A DNA stretch of 64,000 nucleotides from Macrostomum lignano (GCA_002269645.1 NIVC01002773.1:1-64000), one strand, 5' to 3'. Shown: positions 10,313-23,740, counted from the stretch's first letter. Made by a program: numbers and translations. Notes: generated by a model from the letters alone, not told the origin.

Positions 10313-11021
10313 CGCAGAGCAGATAGAAACGAGAAGAGATAAGAGAGAAAAGATAAAAGAAGAGAAAGGAGAGATGAAAGAGCAGACGAGAGAGAAGAGA
10401 GGTGAGGGAAGAGACGGGCGACGAGGGGAGAGAGAAGATATAAAACAAGAAAAGAGATGAGTGGAAAGAGAGAGAGGAAAGATGTGAGGGGAGAGACGAG
10501 AGAAGAGGGGAGAGAGGAGAGAGGAGAGGAGAGAGAAAACGAAAGAGTAGAGAGGAGAGAGAAGAGCAGAGAGAAAACGAAAAGTAGAAAGGAGAGAGAA
10601 GAGGAGAGAGAAAAGAATAGGGAAGAGAGATGAAACAGAAGAGAGATGAGGGAAGATACAAGAGAAGAGAGGAGAGAAGAGAGAGGAGAGACGAGGGATG
10701 AGAGAGAAGAAAGGAAACAAAGAGACGATAGAAATTTTAAAGGATCCAAGGGACGTAGGGAGAGTCAGGGAGAGACCAGAGTTTAGCAATATATGTTTTA
10801 GAGTCAGACAGACATTGCCTGACATTCTGCGCAGTACCCCAGCCAACAATATCAACGTTTGCCTCAAACCCTAATTTTACACGAATGTGCTCCATTTTAT
10901 GTCTACCTCTATCCTACTATTAATTTGTTAGTGTATGGCCTTAGATTTCAGAATACATGCAAAAGTAGTTCCGGAGATTAGAATTCCCCGGGTTCAAAAT
11001 CCGCGGGTTTCAACAGCTTGT
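7999..11021 (+). mobile_element. Non-autonomous Helitron, copy 1
   Basis: 5' A|TCTATACATATAAAAATCAAAAC + (CTGT)n; 3' GC-rich hairpin region CCCCGGGTTCAAAATCCGCGGG then CAGCTTGT; both ends match the autonomous Helitron at 50547-59103. Confidence 0.85.
9240..10740. repeat. GA-rich low-complexity tract (includes GAGAGGAGCGAGTA-like repeats and (GA)n)
   Basis: Nearly pure purine strand inside Helitron copy 1. Confidence 0.9.
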
Positions 11022-11201
11022 ACTTAATAAAAAGAAGCAAATTTCAACAAAAACAACCCAAACATAAAGTAATCAATGGGTCAAAATTATATGGCTTATA
11101 GATAGGCCTACTACAGTGTAACTTTATGTTTATAATAAATAAACTTTGCAACATGGCCATCAATGCATTCATCATGGGATGAGGCCAAGTCTCATATCAA
11201 T

Positions 11202-12800
11202 CAGTGTTGGGCACCATTAATGAAAATCTTAACTTTCATTAAAGGCAAAAGCGTTAGCTTTTAAACAAAAAAAATCTTAACTTTTTAACTCTTAATTTTA
11301 TTAAGTTAACTGAAAATTAACTGATAATTGTTAATCCATTACAGTTAACACAGAAAATACAGAAATCTCGCATGCGTCAAGAGAAAAATAAAGTTTCGTA
11401 GCTCTGCGTTGAGTAGAAGTGTCTGTCAGCGAATGTCAAGCTGGACCCCTAAAATACACTACGGAGATAGGAACACAGTTTGCAGGTGAATAACTCGTAC
11501 AGGCTTTAAGCTAGGGTGCTGATTTTTGACTTGCCAACGCATCTCGCGTGCGTCAAGAAGAGAAAAATAAAGTTTCGTAGCTCTGCGTTGAGTAGAAGTG
11601 TCTGTCAGCGAATGTCAAGCTGGACCCCCAAAATACACTACGGAGATAGGAACACAGTTTGCAGGTGAATAACTCGTACAGGCTTTAAGCTAGGGTGCTG
11701 ATTTTTGACTTGCCAACGCATCTCGCATGCGTCAAGAGAAAAATAAAGTTTCGTAGCTCTGCGTTGAGTAGAAGTGTCTGTCAGCGAATGTCAAGCTGGA
11801 CCCCCAAAATACACTACGGAGATAGGAACACAGTTTGCAGGTGAATAACTCGTACAGGCTTTAAGCTAGGGTGCTGATTTTTGACTTGCCAACGCATCTC
11901 GCGTGCGTCAAGAGAAAAATAAAGTTTCGTAGCTCTGCGTTGAGTAGAAGTGTCTGTCAGCGAATGTCAAGCTGGACCCCTAAAATACACTACGGAGATG
12001 GGAACACAGTTTGCAGGTGAATAACTCGTACAGGCTTTAAGCTAGGGTGCTGATTTTTGACTTGCCAACGCATCTCGCGTGCGTCAAGAGAAAAATAAAG
12101 TTTCGTAGCTCTGCGTTGAGTAGAAGTGTCTGTCAGCGAATGTCAAGCTGGACCCCCAAAATACACTACGGAGATAGGAACACAGTTTGCAGGTGAATAA
12201 CTCGTACAGGCTTTAAGCTAGGGTGCTGATTTTTGACTTGCCAACGCATCTCGCATGCGTCAAGAGAAAAATAAAGTTTCGTAGCTCTGCGTGTATTTTA
12301 AGCCGTTTTGTTGAGTTGCATAATAATACACTAAGGAGATAGGAACAAACTTTATTTGTGAATAATTTGTACAGTCTATTTTTAAATGCTGAGATATTTT
12401 ACGTAGTTTTTTTTCTTGATTGCGTCAAAGTTTTTGTAAAATTTTAAAGCGTTTCGTTCAAGTAAAGAAAAGTTACAGCGGCTTTGTTAAAATTTGAATG
12501 TGAATCTGAATGTCAATCGGGAGATGAATACGTAATTTTAATTCATTATTTAAGTTTATTAGTAAGTTGTTACATCTGCATGATCATGGTCATAAACAAA
12601 GAGATTAATTAGGCATTTAGGTAAATACGAATACATTCGTAATGTTATAACTTCTCGTCAGACTTGTATTTTTGTTTTTTTCTTTGCAAATTCGTTAATC
12701 CGTTAGTTCAAAAAAATCTTAACGGCAGTCCGTTCCGTTAACGTTAATGAAAAATCTTAACGCTTATTAACGCTTATTAACAGACCGGTGCCCAACACTG
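11202..12800. mobile_element. Non-autonomous hAT-type DNA transposon (1.6 kb)
   Basis: TIR CAGTGTTGGGCACC / GGTGCCCAACACTG; 8-bp TSD ATATCAAT at 11194-11201 and 12801-12808; subterminal AAAATCTTAAC repeats. Confidence 0.92.
11366..12292. repeat. 176-bp tandem array (5 full units plus a partial) inside the hAT element
   Basis: TCTCGC(A/G)TGCGTCAAG recurs at 11366, 11542, 11721, 11897, 12073 and 12249. Confidence 0.95.
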
Positions 12801-13257
12801 ATATCAATGCTCACAACAGCCGGCCAATTTTATTCAACTCAAGAACTGCAAATTCAGCCCTCAATTGTAGGCTGTTCAGTATGGTAGATCTTGAAGTCTT
12901 ATGAATTTGTTCAATGTTTAAATTATATAAATGTTTCTTTGAAATACTGCGATAAACAAAATTACACATAAAAAATACCACCTTATTATATCTCTTTGCA
13001 TGACTCAAAATATCTAATTATGGAAAATAAGGCCTCTAGCCCTATGAGTTTTGTAGGCCCTAGGTAATTTTACTCTTTCTTTTAAAAAAAATTTTTTTCA
13101 GCCAGCAACAACGCGTAGGCCCTACCTGTGTATATTATGCATTGTGAGACTGTTAAGCTGCTTTTGTTCTGCACCCTACTAAAAAACGAAAACTATCTTT
13201 CTAGATTCTAAGCTCTAAGCTGTCTGAGAGATGCATGCTATTTGGGCCTGGCGGCTA

Positions 13258-13772
13258 GGCTATCCTGCAGAATCGTTCGTTAAATTCACTGTACGCACAT
13301 TTTTTTAGCTATTGACATGAAACTCCAAAAATGAATACTTCAATTATGGAATTATTTAATACGAATGGAATTTTAATGACAAAACACTTCTAAAATGATG
13401 GCATAGGCCTAATGAAATTATTCATTTTTGGCAAGTTTCACGTCAAAGCTAAAAAAAATGTGCGGCGATCCTCTTTCAGTTTCCCACTCTAAATTATTTA
13501 AACCCCGGCCGCCTACAACACATTGGCCAACCATCTGATGGTCATCTTTCGGTGATTGAGCTTTCCCCCCATCAGCACTTTGACAATATCTCTACTTGAT
13601 AACACACTACTACCCTATGTAGAACTCTGTGAACTCTTTGCGAAAAATCTGTGAGCTTGTCAGACTCTGAAAAGTTCAAAAAAGGGTTTAAAAAATTTAG
13701 AGTGGGAAACCAAAAGATTGCTAAATGTGCGTGCAGTGAATTTAACGAATGGAACGATTTTGCAGGATAGCC
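13258..13772. mobile_element. Degenerate foldback/MITE-like element
   Basis: GGCTATCCTGCAGAATCGTTCGTTAAATTCACTGTACGCACATTT mirrored at 13722-13772; second inverted pair at ~13478-13506 / 13684-13710; no TSD found. Confidence 0.55.
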
Positions 13773-14276
13773 GGGCCTGGCTTAGGGATACTTGCTATCT
13801 AATGGATGCTTGCTTTGATTAGCAGACATAATTTAAGAACCGAAATGCTGGGCACTGAAAAGCCTAGATACCATTTCATTGTACATTGGTACCATGTTAT
13901 ATATTACTAGTGTCATTTATATCGTAACTAAAATAACTAGGCCCTGGCTAGGCCTACCTTATAATAAGTTATCTTATTGGGCAGAGGGCCTAGGCCTACT
14001 CACTATTTGTCCTTGTTTCTTTTATTTTCATGAGTTTAAACTAACTAAACTAAAGCTATGATAGGCCTATGGATTTAGGCGTGATTTATATGCTTGTAGC
14101 TTAGCCTTAGGCCTAGTTAGCATTTTTTATTTGCTTAATATGTAGCTTATTAGCAATGTGTATATTGTATGCATCCTAAAATTTGAAATTGCACTTTGAT
14201 ATTAATATTATAAAACACTATATCTTTAAGTTTGGCAATAAGCCGCAATATTCAAAAGTGGGTTTATAGTCTTATA

Positions 14277-14899
14277 ACCTATTTTTTCCTTTTAGCCTCA
14301 TTTGCACTGCCTTAAAATAATAAAGAAAAGAAATTGTACTCTAACTAAGCCTTTAAATTGCACCTCTAGATTGTATTGGACATAGCCATAGGCCTAGGCA
14401 TAACTCATAAGGTACAATTTTGTACTTTGTCTCTAGCCAAAAATAGGCCTTAACCAAGCGCTAGGTTTTTTGCCTGATTGCAGCGCATGGGCATTTTGGC
14501 GGATGGCGTCCGGCGTGGATCTAATACGGCGCGGCGCGGCGTGTACGGCGTGCGGCAATTAGTACGGCGCGGCGCGGTACTAATTAGATGCCAAGGCATT
14601 TAGGCTTGATAAGACAGTCATAGTTACTCCTGCCATTTACCCAAAACTGTGTTAATTTTGCTTTAGGGTTTCTTTCACAGGTAAGTCATTTCACAGCGTG
14701 GCGCAGGTTGTGTAGGCGTCTGGTGTACTTAAGCCATGCGCTGCAATAGGGGTTTTTTGCCTAAGACAAAATGCAAAATCTCACTCTAGGCCCCTTTATG
14801 CCTAATTTCAAAGTGTAATTTTAGAGCTCAAAGTGCAATTTCTCTTTTTTCTTATATTAAGACAATGCAGCAAATGCGGCTTAAAAAGAAAAAATAGGT
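14277..14899. mobile_element. MITE with ~65-bp imperfect TIRs flanked by TA
   Basis: ACCTATTTTTTCCTTTTAGCCTCATTTGC... vs ...GCAAATGCGGCTTAAAAAGAAAAAATAGGT; TA on both sides. Confidence 0.6.
14473..14750. mobile_element. Nested MITE with 9-bp TSD (Mutator-like TSD length)
   Basis: TIR CCT(G)ATTGCAGCGCATGG / CCATGCGCTGCAATAGG; GGTTTTTTG at 14464-14472 and 14751-14759. Confidence 0.7.
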
Positions 14900-15290
14900 T
14901 AACACTATACTAGTGCTGCCAAAGCTGCGCAAATTTGAATTTTTTGTGCAAATGCACAAATAATGTGCAAGACCCTAAAGTTCTATGCAAATTAGACTTT
15001 TTGGATTATTGACAGTCTGGTAGTAGCAAAAAGTTAAATTCTACTTCAAATGATAATATATTGATACTAGCTAGAGGTTGGATAGGATTGAAATCTTCAG
15101 GTAGGATTAGGATTGGGAATAATTTTTTTTTTTGATTGGGATTGGTATTTGGGAATTGGGATCAGGTATTTTAATATATTGTAGTTTGTAGGTCCAAATA
15201 AAGTTAAACAAAATTGAGCAAAAAATGTCAAGATCAAAAGTCAAACATAACAAAATTGATGCACAAAGTTTTGTAGTTCAAACAAAGTAA

Positions 15291-16538
15291 TCTCTACCTA
15301 TAAAAATCAAAACTGTCTGTCTGTGGACAAATTACTTTGCTATGGACTCCCAAACCGCTCAACCAAATAACACCAAACTTTAAACCCACCCTAAACTTAC
15401 TACGGAGAATGTCTTAGGCTACCTTTAAATTTCCTACCTAAAAGTACAAAAAACTGCTCAAAATGCGCGATTTTTTCATTTAATTCTCCATAGCGCCGCT
15501 CCACTTCTACCGATCCTCTTTAAATTTGACACAGATAATCTTAAACTATTTTAGCAAAATCATGTGAAATTTCGAGTCTCAAAATTATCCTGAGCGGTGC
15601 TGTGCACTTTTAAAGTTAGGCTGCTTTTTTCAGCGTAGCAACCACCCTAACCTCCGCCTGCCTGCCTGACAAAGGGTCAGGTGATAGGACTGAATGTACA
15701 TAGCAAATGTACAGTGTTTTGGAATAACTTTTTAATAGCCTTCTCTGCACCCCCTGCATGGAGAGGCTGCGTTTAGCCATGACAGTTTAGTGAGAGATTC
15801 AAACCACTGTCCTTTGTATGGACAAGTCTGCAGCAGCGGCAAATCAAGGCGATACGGGCAGCGGGATGGTTTGTATTTATAAAAATAGCAAAAAATTAAT
15901 AAATAACTGATTACAATGCAATCCAACTAAATTAGTTATACCATGAAACTTTTAACATTAAGTTTCGCATAAGGTACTTTAAAATTTAAATGGCTCCTAA
16001 GAAATGCGTACATGTCCTTGGTTGTTAGACTGCTGCAGACTGTGGTGGTGTTCGTGGAGCTAGAGATTCCTCTCAGGGCTACTAATTGGCCAGAAAAATG
16101 ATGTGATTAAAGGATGAGAAATGATAACAACTACATTTCAAAAACTGGCTTTCAAAGCAGGATCGGCAGATTTTTACCTCAATGGCCAGATAAAGAATCC
16201 AGCTCATGGCTGCGGGCCAGATAAGAGTGGAAAAGAGAAGGAATAGACTATTAGAAAGAGAAGGAGGGGCGAGAGGAGAATAAGAGAAATAATAGAAGAT
16301 AACAAGAGATACAAGGGGGTGAGGAGAGAGCAGAGAATATGCGAGGAAAAAGCGAGAGGAGGGGAGAGAGGAGAGAGAGGAAAGAGTAGAGGTGAGAAGA
16401 GGGAGAGAGAAGAGGGGAGAGATAAGACAGGATTGATGAGAGAGGAGAGTAGAAAGGAGAGGATCAAGAGGAGAGATTAGAAAGGATTGAGGAGAGGAGA
16501 TAAGAGGGGGAGAGAGGAGTGAGAAGAGAGAAGATAAA

Positions 16539-16627
<89 letters not shown>

Positions 16628-17012
16628 AGGACACAGAGAGAGAGAGAGAGTTGAGAAAGAAAAGAGGAGAAAGGAGAGATAGAGTAAAGGGAAGAGGAGA
16701 GAGGAAAGAAATTAGATTGTAGAGATAAGAGAGAATAAAGGAGAAATGAGAGAGTAGAGATGAGAGATGAAGGGAGAGAGCAGAGTGCAGAGAGATGAGA
16801 GAAGAGAATAGAGTGGAGAGAGTAAAGAACAGGGAAGAGAAGAGAGGAGTAAGGAAAGAGGGGAGTCAGAAGAAGGGAAAGAGAAGAGTACACAGGAGAG
16901 AGGAGAGTAGAGATGACAGAAGAGAGAGGGGGTGAGAGAGCAAAGATGAGAGCGAACAGACGATATATGAGAGGAAAGAGGGGAGAGATATGAGAGGAAA
17001 GAGGGGAGAGAT

Positions 17013-17054
<42 letters not shown>

Positions 17055-17755
17055 GAGAGAGAGAGAGAGAAATGAGAAGAGATAAGAGAGAAAAGATAAA
17101 AGAAAAGAAAGGAAAGATAAGAGAGCAAAGATGAGAGAGAAGAGAGGTGAGGAAAGAGATGATAGAAGAGATGAGAGGAGAGAGTGGAGAGAAGAAAAGA
17201 GAAAGGAGAGAGGAGAGATGAGGGAAGTGTTGAGAGGGTAATGTAATGAGTGAGAAGAGAGGAGAAGAGAGGGAAGAGAGAGTAGAGAGCAATGAGAGAA
17301 GAGAGAAATGAGAAGAGATAAAATAGGAGAAAGGAGGTATGAGAGAGCAGAGACGAGAGAGAAGAGAGGAAAGAAGAGAGAAACAAATAGAGGGAAGAGA
17401 CAAAAGAAGAGGGGACAGAGGAGAGAAGAAAGAAGAGATGATAGGAGAGAGAAGAGACAAGAGACAAGAGAGCAGTGAGAAAACAGAAGAGAAGATAGAA
17501 GTTTCAAAGGATGCAAGGGACATAGGGAGAGGCAGAGGTAGAGGCTAGAGTTTTCCTGACATTCTGTGCAGCACCCCAGCCAACAATATCAATGTTTGCC
17601 TCAAATCCTAATTTTACATGAATGTACTCTATTTTATGTTTAACTCTATCCCAACTAATAAATGTTTTTGTTTGAGTTTAATCTCAATATATGCAAAAAT
17701 AGTTCCGGGGATTGGAATTCCCCGGGTTCAAAATCTGCGGGTTTTAACAGCTTGT
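15291..17755 (+). mobile_element. Non-autonomous Helitron, copy 2
   Basis: 5' A|TCTCTACCTATAAAAATCAAAAC; 3' CCCCGGGTTCAAAATCTGCGGG...CAGCTTGT; homologous to copy 1; GA tract at ~16230-17540. Confidence 0.85.
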
Positions 17756-19889
17756 AATATAACGATACAAGTTAAAACAAAATATATTTAAGTAATCACT
17801 AATTTTATAAACTTTTGATCAAAAGACCTGTTCTTGATTCTTGTGTTTTTTAGGGTTGGGATCCTGGTCCCATGAGAATACAATTTTTCTTAGGATCCCA
17901 GGATTTTGAGATTGGGATCAGGATCCTGTCCTACTTCTAATTGATAACTTCACTTGTCAATTATTGCTGCTCTTTGTTTGCACTTAAAATTAAACACTAT
18001 TTTCATACTATTTTTTTCTTCAGTTTCAAGTATTTAGCATTTGATTTATTATCCAAAGTTGTGACTAAAAATTATGACAAGAGAAAAGGACACTATATTG
18101 AATTTTTTCATTTTTTATTCATTTTAATAATAGCAATTAGCCTAGGTTTCTACCTGCACAATTTTTTACCCTGCACAAAAATAATTTTGTTGTGAGTGGC
18201 AGCATTAGACTACACTTTAACTGCACCCACTTTTTAATTTTAGGGTGCAATTTCAAAATTTAGGGTAAATACATATACTATATCATTCAAAAAAAGCCAA
18301 GACATGTTTTATAGCATATTTTTATGCTAGTATTTTTAAGTCTCATAGTTTGGTCTTTGTTTTTGTATACAACTATATTTATTTAGTATTCAACAGCATT
18401 TGTAAATTGAGTTTACAATAGTTTTTATTCGGCCTTAGGCCTAGTAGATGACAAACTGACCAAAATATAAAGCATGCCATTGGGCTAGATGACAAAGTTA
18501 AAAATTTCAAAGTGTAGGTCAAGACCATTAAAAATTTCTTATTACTTTTATTAGATAGTAAGCTTATTGTATTGTAGAGACCTAGGCTAGGCCTATAAAG
18601 TACATAGTATACTTGCCATTTTTCTATTATTTTATGTTGTATCATATTGCAAAAAAAATAAACAGGAAACCAAAATTCAAAAAAGGTCCCCGGGTTCAAA
18701 GGATGCAAGTAGCAAGTAATACAAGTAGAATGACATTTTTTTTGCACTGCTAGGCCTAATAATGTGTAGCCTATCTTTACTTTTCAGCAAAGGTTTCAGA
18801 ATAGGGCCTAATTCATAATACATTTGAAAAGTGTTGCTTAAAAAATCATATAAATATATATTGCAACCATTTTTATGCATGCTAAGACCTATTTCATGAT
18901 TAAAATATAAAAAAAATACTAGGGCTAGGCTAAATCATAAAAAAACTTGTTATCTAAATCAATTTGATTAACAATTAATGTTATTGATAATATTGACATT
19001 ATTATTATTAATATTACTGTTAGTAACTAGTATGCAAAAACAAATTAATATATTCAAATATTATATTGGACAGCTCATAGAGCTGTTCAATCTGCTGCCT
19101 AAGAATTGGGAGGTAGTCGCCCTTAAGGGTAAGTATACCAAAGCCATGAAGGAGGATCATTGCAATAGTTGCAATGACCATTGATTATTTTTTGCTTTAA
19201 AATGCATCCCAGTTTGAAACCAACCCTGAAAATAAATCTTTGCAGTCATAGACAAAGTTTTTTTACTTGTAGTAGTCAGGTTGAAATTGCAATTTACTTT
19301 CTTGAACCTTGTCACTAAATGACCCATAACTTGGCAACAGAATTACCAAGAGAAACTTTTAACACTCAACTGAAGTATCTTTGCATGTTGCTGTTTAAGA
19401 TGAATTTTAATTCAGGCAATTTCAATGTGCTAGTTTAAAAGTTATATGCAAGCAATCAACTATTCCTATGAACAGCCCTTATATATGGTAAATTACAGCT
19501 CTGTATATTGTAGAATTCCCTAGATGCATAGACCTAGTCTGTTATTTATCATTTATTATTCACGTTGATAATATTTATTTTCACAATCATGAGAACAGCA
19601 TAAGCAAGTAAAAGAACAAGGCGTATGCTATGCTTCTACCTGCCTAAGCTTGTTTAAATTGTTAATTTGTATAGTTATTGTCCTTTTTCTTATTGTTGGC
19701 ATCATGAAACTAAGATCTTGACGCTGGATACACTAAAATAGCAATACCTTAGTGGTCTCCATATCATCTCCCTCTATTGAGTTCTCTGCATGTTTATAAA
19801 AATAGGCAAGTTAGACAAATATACAAAAGGCCCCATTCTGCATACATTACCTATCAAAGCAGTTGTCAGTGCATCATATTGCTTAATGC

Positions 19890-20148
19890 ATGAGTGCCTC
19901 ACGCTCAGCTTCACGCTCTCGAAGTGGCAGCCGCAGCCGCAGCCGCAGTCTCAGTGCCGGCAGAGGCGGAGGCGGCAGTCGCAGCGGCGGGGTTGGCCGT
20001 CCAATGGCGCCGCAGTCCAGGTCACCGTCAAGGTCAAGGTCAAAATCGAGATCTAACAAATCTGAATCGAGGTCGCCCTATCGTTCGCGACCAAGGTCAA
20101 GGTCGCCGCCTAGGTCCCATTCTAGATCGAAGTCTCGGGATAGCTATG
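19890..20148 (+). CDS. tra2: Transformer-2 (Tra2) SR-like splicing factor, RS1 exon
   Basis: RS-dipeptide-rich ORF; donor TATG|GTATGT, phase 1; the start codon may lie on an earlier exon. Confidence 0.8.
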
Positions 20149-20159
20149 GTATGTAGGCT

Positions 20160-22690
20160 GAGACAACACCCAGACATTGTGGGGAGTGAGGGTGCAGACA
20201 CCCACAGACACTGGGGAATGAGGGTGCAGACACCCACAGACACTGGGAAATGAGGGTACAGAGTACAGACACCCAGAGACACTGGGAAATGAGGGTGCAG
20301 ACACCCACAGACACTGGGAAATGAGAGTACAGACACCCAGAGACACTGGGGAATAAGGGTGCAGACACCAACAGACACTGGAGAATGAGGGTGCAGACAC
20401 CCACAGACACTGGGGAATGGGAATGCAGACACCCAGAGACACTGGGGAATGAGGGTGCAGACACCCAGAGACACTGGGGAATGAGGGTGCAGACACCCAC
20501 AGACACTGGGGAATGAGGGTGCAGACACCCACAGACACTGGGGAATGAGGGTGCAGACACCCACAGACACTGGGAAATGAGGGTACAGAGTACAGACACC
20601 CAGAGACACTGGGGAATGGGGGTGCAGACACCCAGAGATACTGGGAAATGAGGGTGCAGACACCTACAGACACTGGGAATGAGGGTGCAGACACATACAG
20701 ACACTGGGGAATGAGGGTGCAGACACCTACAGACACTGGGAATGAGGGTGCAGACACCTACAGACACTGGCAATGAGGGTGCAGACACCCACAGACACTG
20801 GGGAATGAGGGTGCAGACACCAACAGACACTGGAGAATGAGGGTGCAGACACCCACAGACACTGGGGAATGAGGGTGCAGACACCCACAGACACTGGGAA
20901 ATGAGGGTACAGAGTACAGACACCCAGAGACACTGGGAAATGAGGGTGCAGACACCCACAGACACTGGGAAATGAGAGTACAGACACCCAGAGACACTGG
21001 GGAATAAGGGTGCAGACACCAACAGACACTGGAGAATGAGGGTGCAGACACCCACAGACACTGGGGAATGGGGGTGCAGACACCCAGAGATACTGGGGAA
21101 TGAGGGTGCAGACACCCACAGACACTGGGGAATGAGGGTGCAGACACCCACAGACACTGGGGAATGAGGGTGCAGACACCCACAGACACTGGGAAATGAG
21201 GGTACAGAGTACAGACACCCAGAGACACTGGGTAATTGGGGTGCAGACACCCAGAAATACTGGGAAATGAGGGTGCAGACACCTACAGACACTGGGAATG
21301 AGGGTGCAGACACCTACAGACACTGGGAATGAGGGTGCAGACACCTACAGACACTGGGAATGAGGGTGCAGACACCTACAGACACTGGGAATGAGGGTGC
21401 AGACACCCACAGACACTGGGGAATGAGGGTGCAGACACCAACAGACACTGGAGAATGAGGGTGCAGACACCCACAGACACTGGGGAATGAGGGTGCAGAC
21501 ACCCACAGACACTGGGGAATGAGAGTGCAGACACCCAGAGACACTGGGGAATAAGGGTGCAGACACCAACAGACACTGGAGAATGAGGGTGCAGACACCC
21601 ACAGACACTGGGGAATGAGGGTGCAGACACCCAGAGACACTGGGGAATGAGGGTGCAGACACCCAGAGACACTGGGGAATGAGGGTGCAGACACCCACAG
21701 ACACTGGGGAATGAGGGTGCAGACACCCACAGACACTGGGAATGAGGGTGCAGACACCTACAGACACTGGGAATGAGGGTGCAGACACCCACAGACACTG
21801 GGGAATGAGGGTGCAGACACCCACAGACACTGGGAAATGAGAGTGCAGACACCCAGAGACACTGGGGAATAAGGGTGCAGACACCAACAGACACTGGAGA
21901 ATGAGGGTGCAGACACCCACAGACACTGGGGAATGAGGGTGCAGACACCCAGAGACACTGGGGAATGAGGGTGCAGACACCTACAGACACTGGGAATGAG
22001 GGTGCAGACACCCACAGACACTGGGGAATGAGGGTGCAGACACCCACAGACACTGGGAAATGAGAGTGCAGACACCCAGAGACACTGGGGAATAAGGGTG
22101 CAGACACCAACAGACACTGGAGAATGAGGGTGCAGACACCCACAGACACTGGGGAATGAGGGTGCAGACACCCAGAGACACTGGGGAATGAGGGTGCAGA
22201 CACCCACAGACACTGGGGAATGAGGGTGCAGACACCTACAGACACTGGGAATGAGGGTGCAGACACCTACAGACACTGGGAATGAGGGTGCAGACACCCA
22301 GAGACACTGGGGAATGAGGGTGCAGACACCCACAGACACTGGGGAATGAGGGTGCAGACACCCACAGACACTGGGGAATGAGGGTGCAGACACCCACAGA
22401 CACTGGGGAATGGGGGTGCAGACACCCACAGACACTGGGGAATGAGGGTGCAGACACCCAGAGACACTGGGGAATAAGGGTGCAGACACCCACAGACACT
22501 GGAGAATGAGGGTGCAGACACCCACAGACACTGGGCAATGAGGGTGCAGACACCCACAGACACTGGGGAATGAGGGTGCAGACACCCAGAGACACTGGGA
22601 ATGAGGGTGCAGACACCCACAGACACTGGGGAATGAGGGTGCAGACACCCAGAGACACTGGGGAATGAGGGTGCAGACACCTAGAGACTT
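20160..22690. repeat. 31-32-bp minisatellite (~80 units) filling the tra2 intron
   Basis: Unit GGGGAATGAGGGTGCAGACACCCACAGACACT with recurring variant units. Confidence 0.95.
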
Positions 22691-22738
22691 GTGTGGTGCA
22701 TGCAGCATTGTGAATCAACTTGTCGCTTTGCCACCCAG

Positions 22739-23341
22739 ATCGTCGGGACCGCCGCGCAGCTCCCCGCAGCCGCAGTCGCAGCGGCCGCAGCCGGGACCGC
22801 AATCGCAGCCGGTCGCCGATGTCCAGCCGCAAGCGGCACGTTGGCGACCGGGACAACCCCAAGGCGAGCAAATGCCTCGGCGTGTTCGGCCTGAGCCTGC
22901 GCACCACAGAGGAGGATCTGCGCCATCTGTTTGGCCGCTACGGCCGGCTGGAGGATGTGCAGCTGGTGAAGGACAACCACACCAGGCGGTCGCGCGGATT
23001 TGCCTTCGTCTATTTTGAATCTCTAGATGACGCCACGTACGCCAAGGAGCGCTGCCACGGCAAAGAGCTGGACGGGCGCAATATGCGTTGCGATTTTTCC
23101 ATAACTCGCCGGGCGCACACTCCCACGCCTGGCGTCTATCTTGGCGCACCCGGTGGCGCCCCTTCGCGCGGCTACGGCGGCGGCGGCGGCTCGCGAAATT
23201 ATTCGGATCGCGGCGGCGGCTATGGCCGAGACAGGCGTTACGGCGGTGGCGGCGATGGTTACTATGACAACGGAGGCGGCGGCGGTAGCAGGCGGAGTCG
23301 CAGTCGCTCCTACGACAGATCGGATCATCGGAATCGATACG
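22739..23341 (+). CDS. tra2: Tra2 RRM + Gly-rich/RS2 exon
   Basis: CCACCCAG|AT in phase; [52 protein letters not shown] is the Tra2 signature; donor at 23341 or 23347 (both phase 1). Confidence 0.95.
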
Positions 23342-23389
23342 GTTATGGTTGGCTCATGAATAATTTGGTTTTAATTATTAGTAACTAGG

Positions 23390-23740
23390 CACTTCGGTCC
23401 TTTGATAGAGATCCACTTCCCTCACTTCCGTCCTTGATGCAGGTCCGCTTTCCTCACTTCTGGTGCTTCATTGGAGGTCCGCTACTTACTTTCGGTCCCT
23501 TATTGAAGATTCGCTACTCACTTCCGGTCCCTTATTAAAGATCCGCTACTCACTACCGGTCCTTTATTGGAGGTCCGCTACTCACTTCCGGTCTTTTGAT
23601 GAAAGTCCGCTACCCACATCCGGTCCTTTATTGGAGGTCCGCTACTCACCCGGTCGGTTATTGGAGTTCCCCTACTCGCTTCCAGTCTTTTGATGAAGGT
23701 CCGCTATTCACTTTCGGTCCTTTGATGGAGGTCCGCTAGA
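23390..23740. repeat. Degenerate ~33-bp tandem repeat in the last tra2 intron
   Basis: Recurring CCGCTACTCACTTCCGGTCC(C/T)TT...GGAGGT. Confidence 0.75.

Noticed and set aside
9189-17548. Leu/Ser-rich 150-350 aa ORFs on the minus strand
   Set aside because: Translation of GA/CT low-complexity tracts in non-autonomous Helitrons
20097-22907. Many overlapping Cys/Pro/Val-rich minus-strand ORFs
   Set aside because: Antisense translation of the tra2 intronic minisatellite
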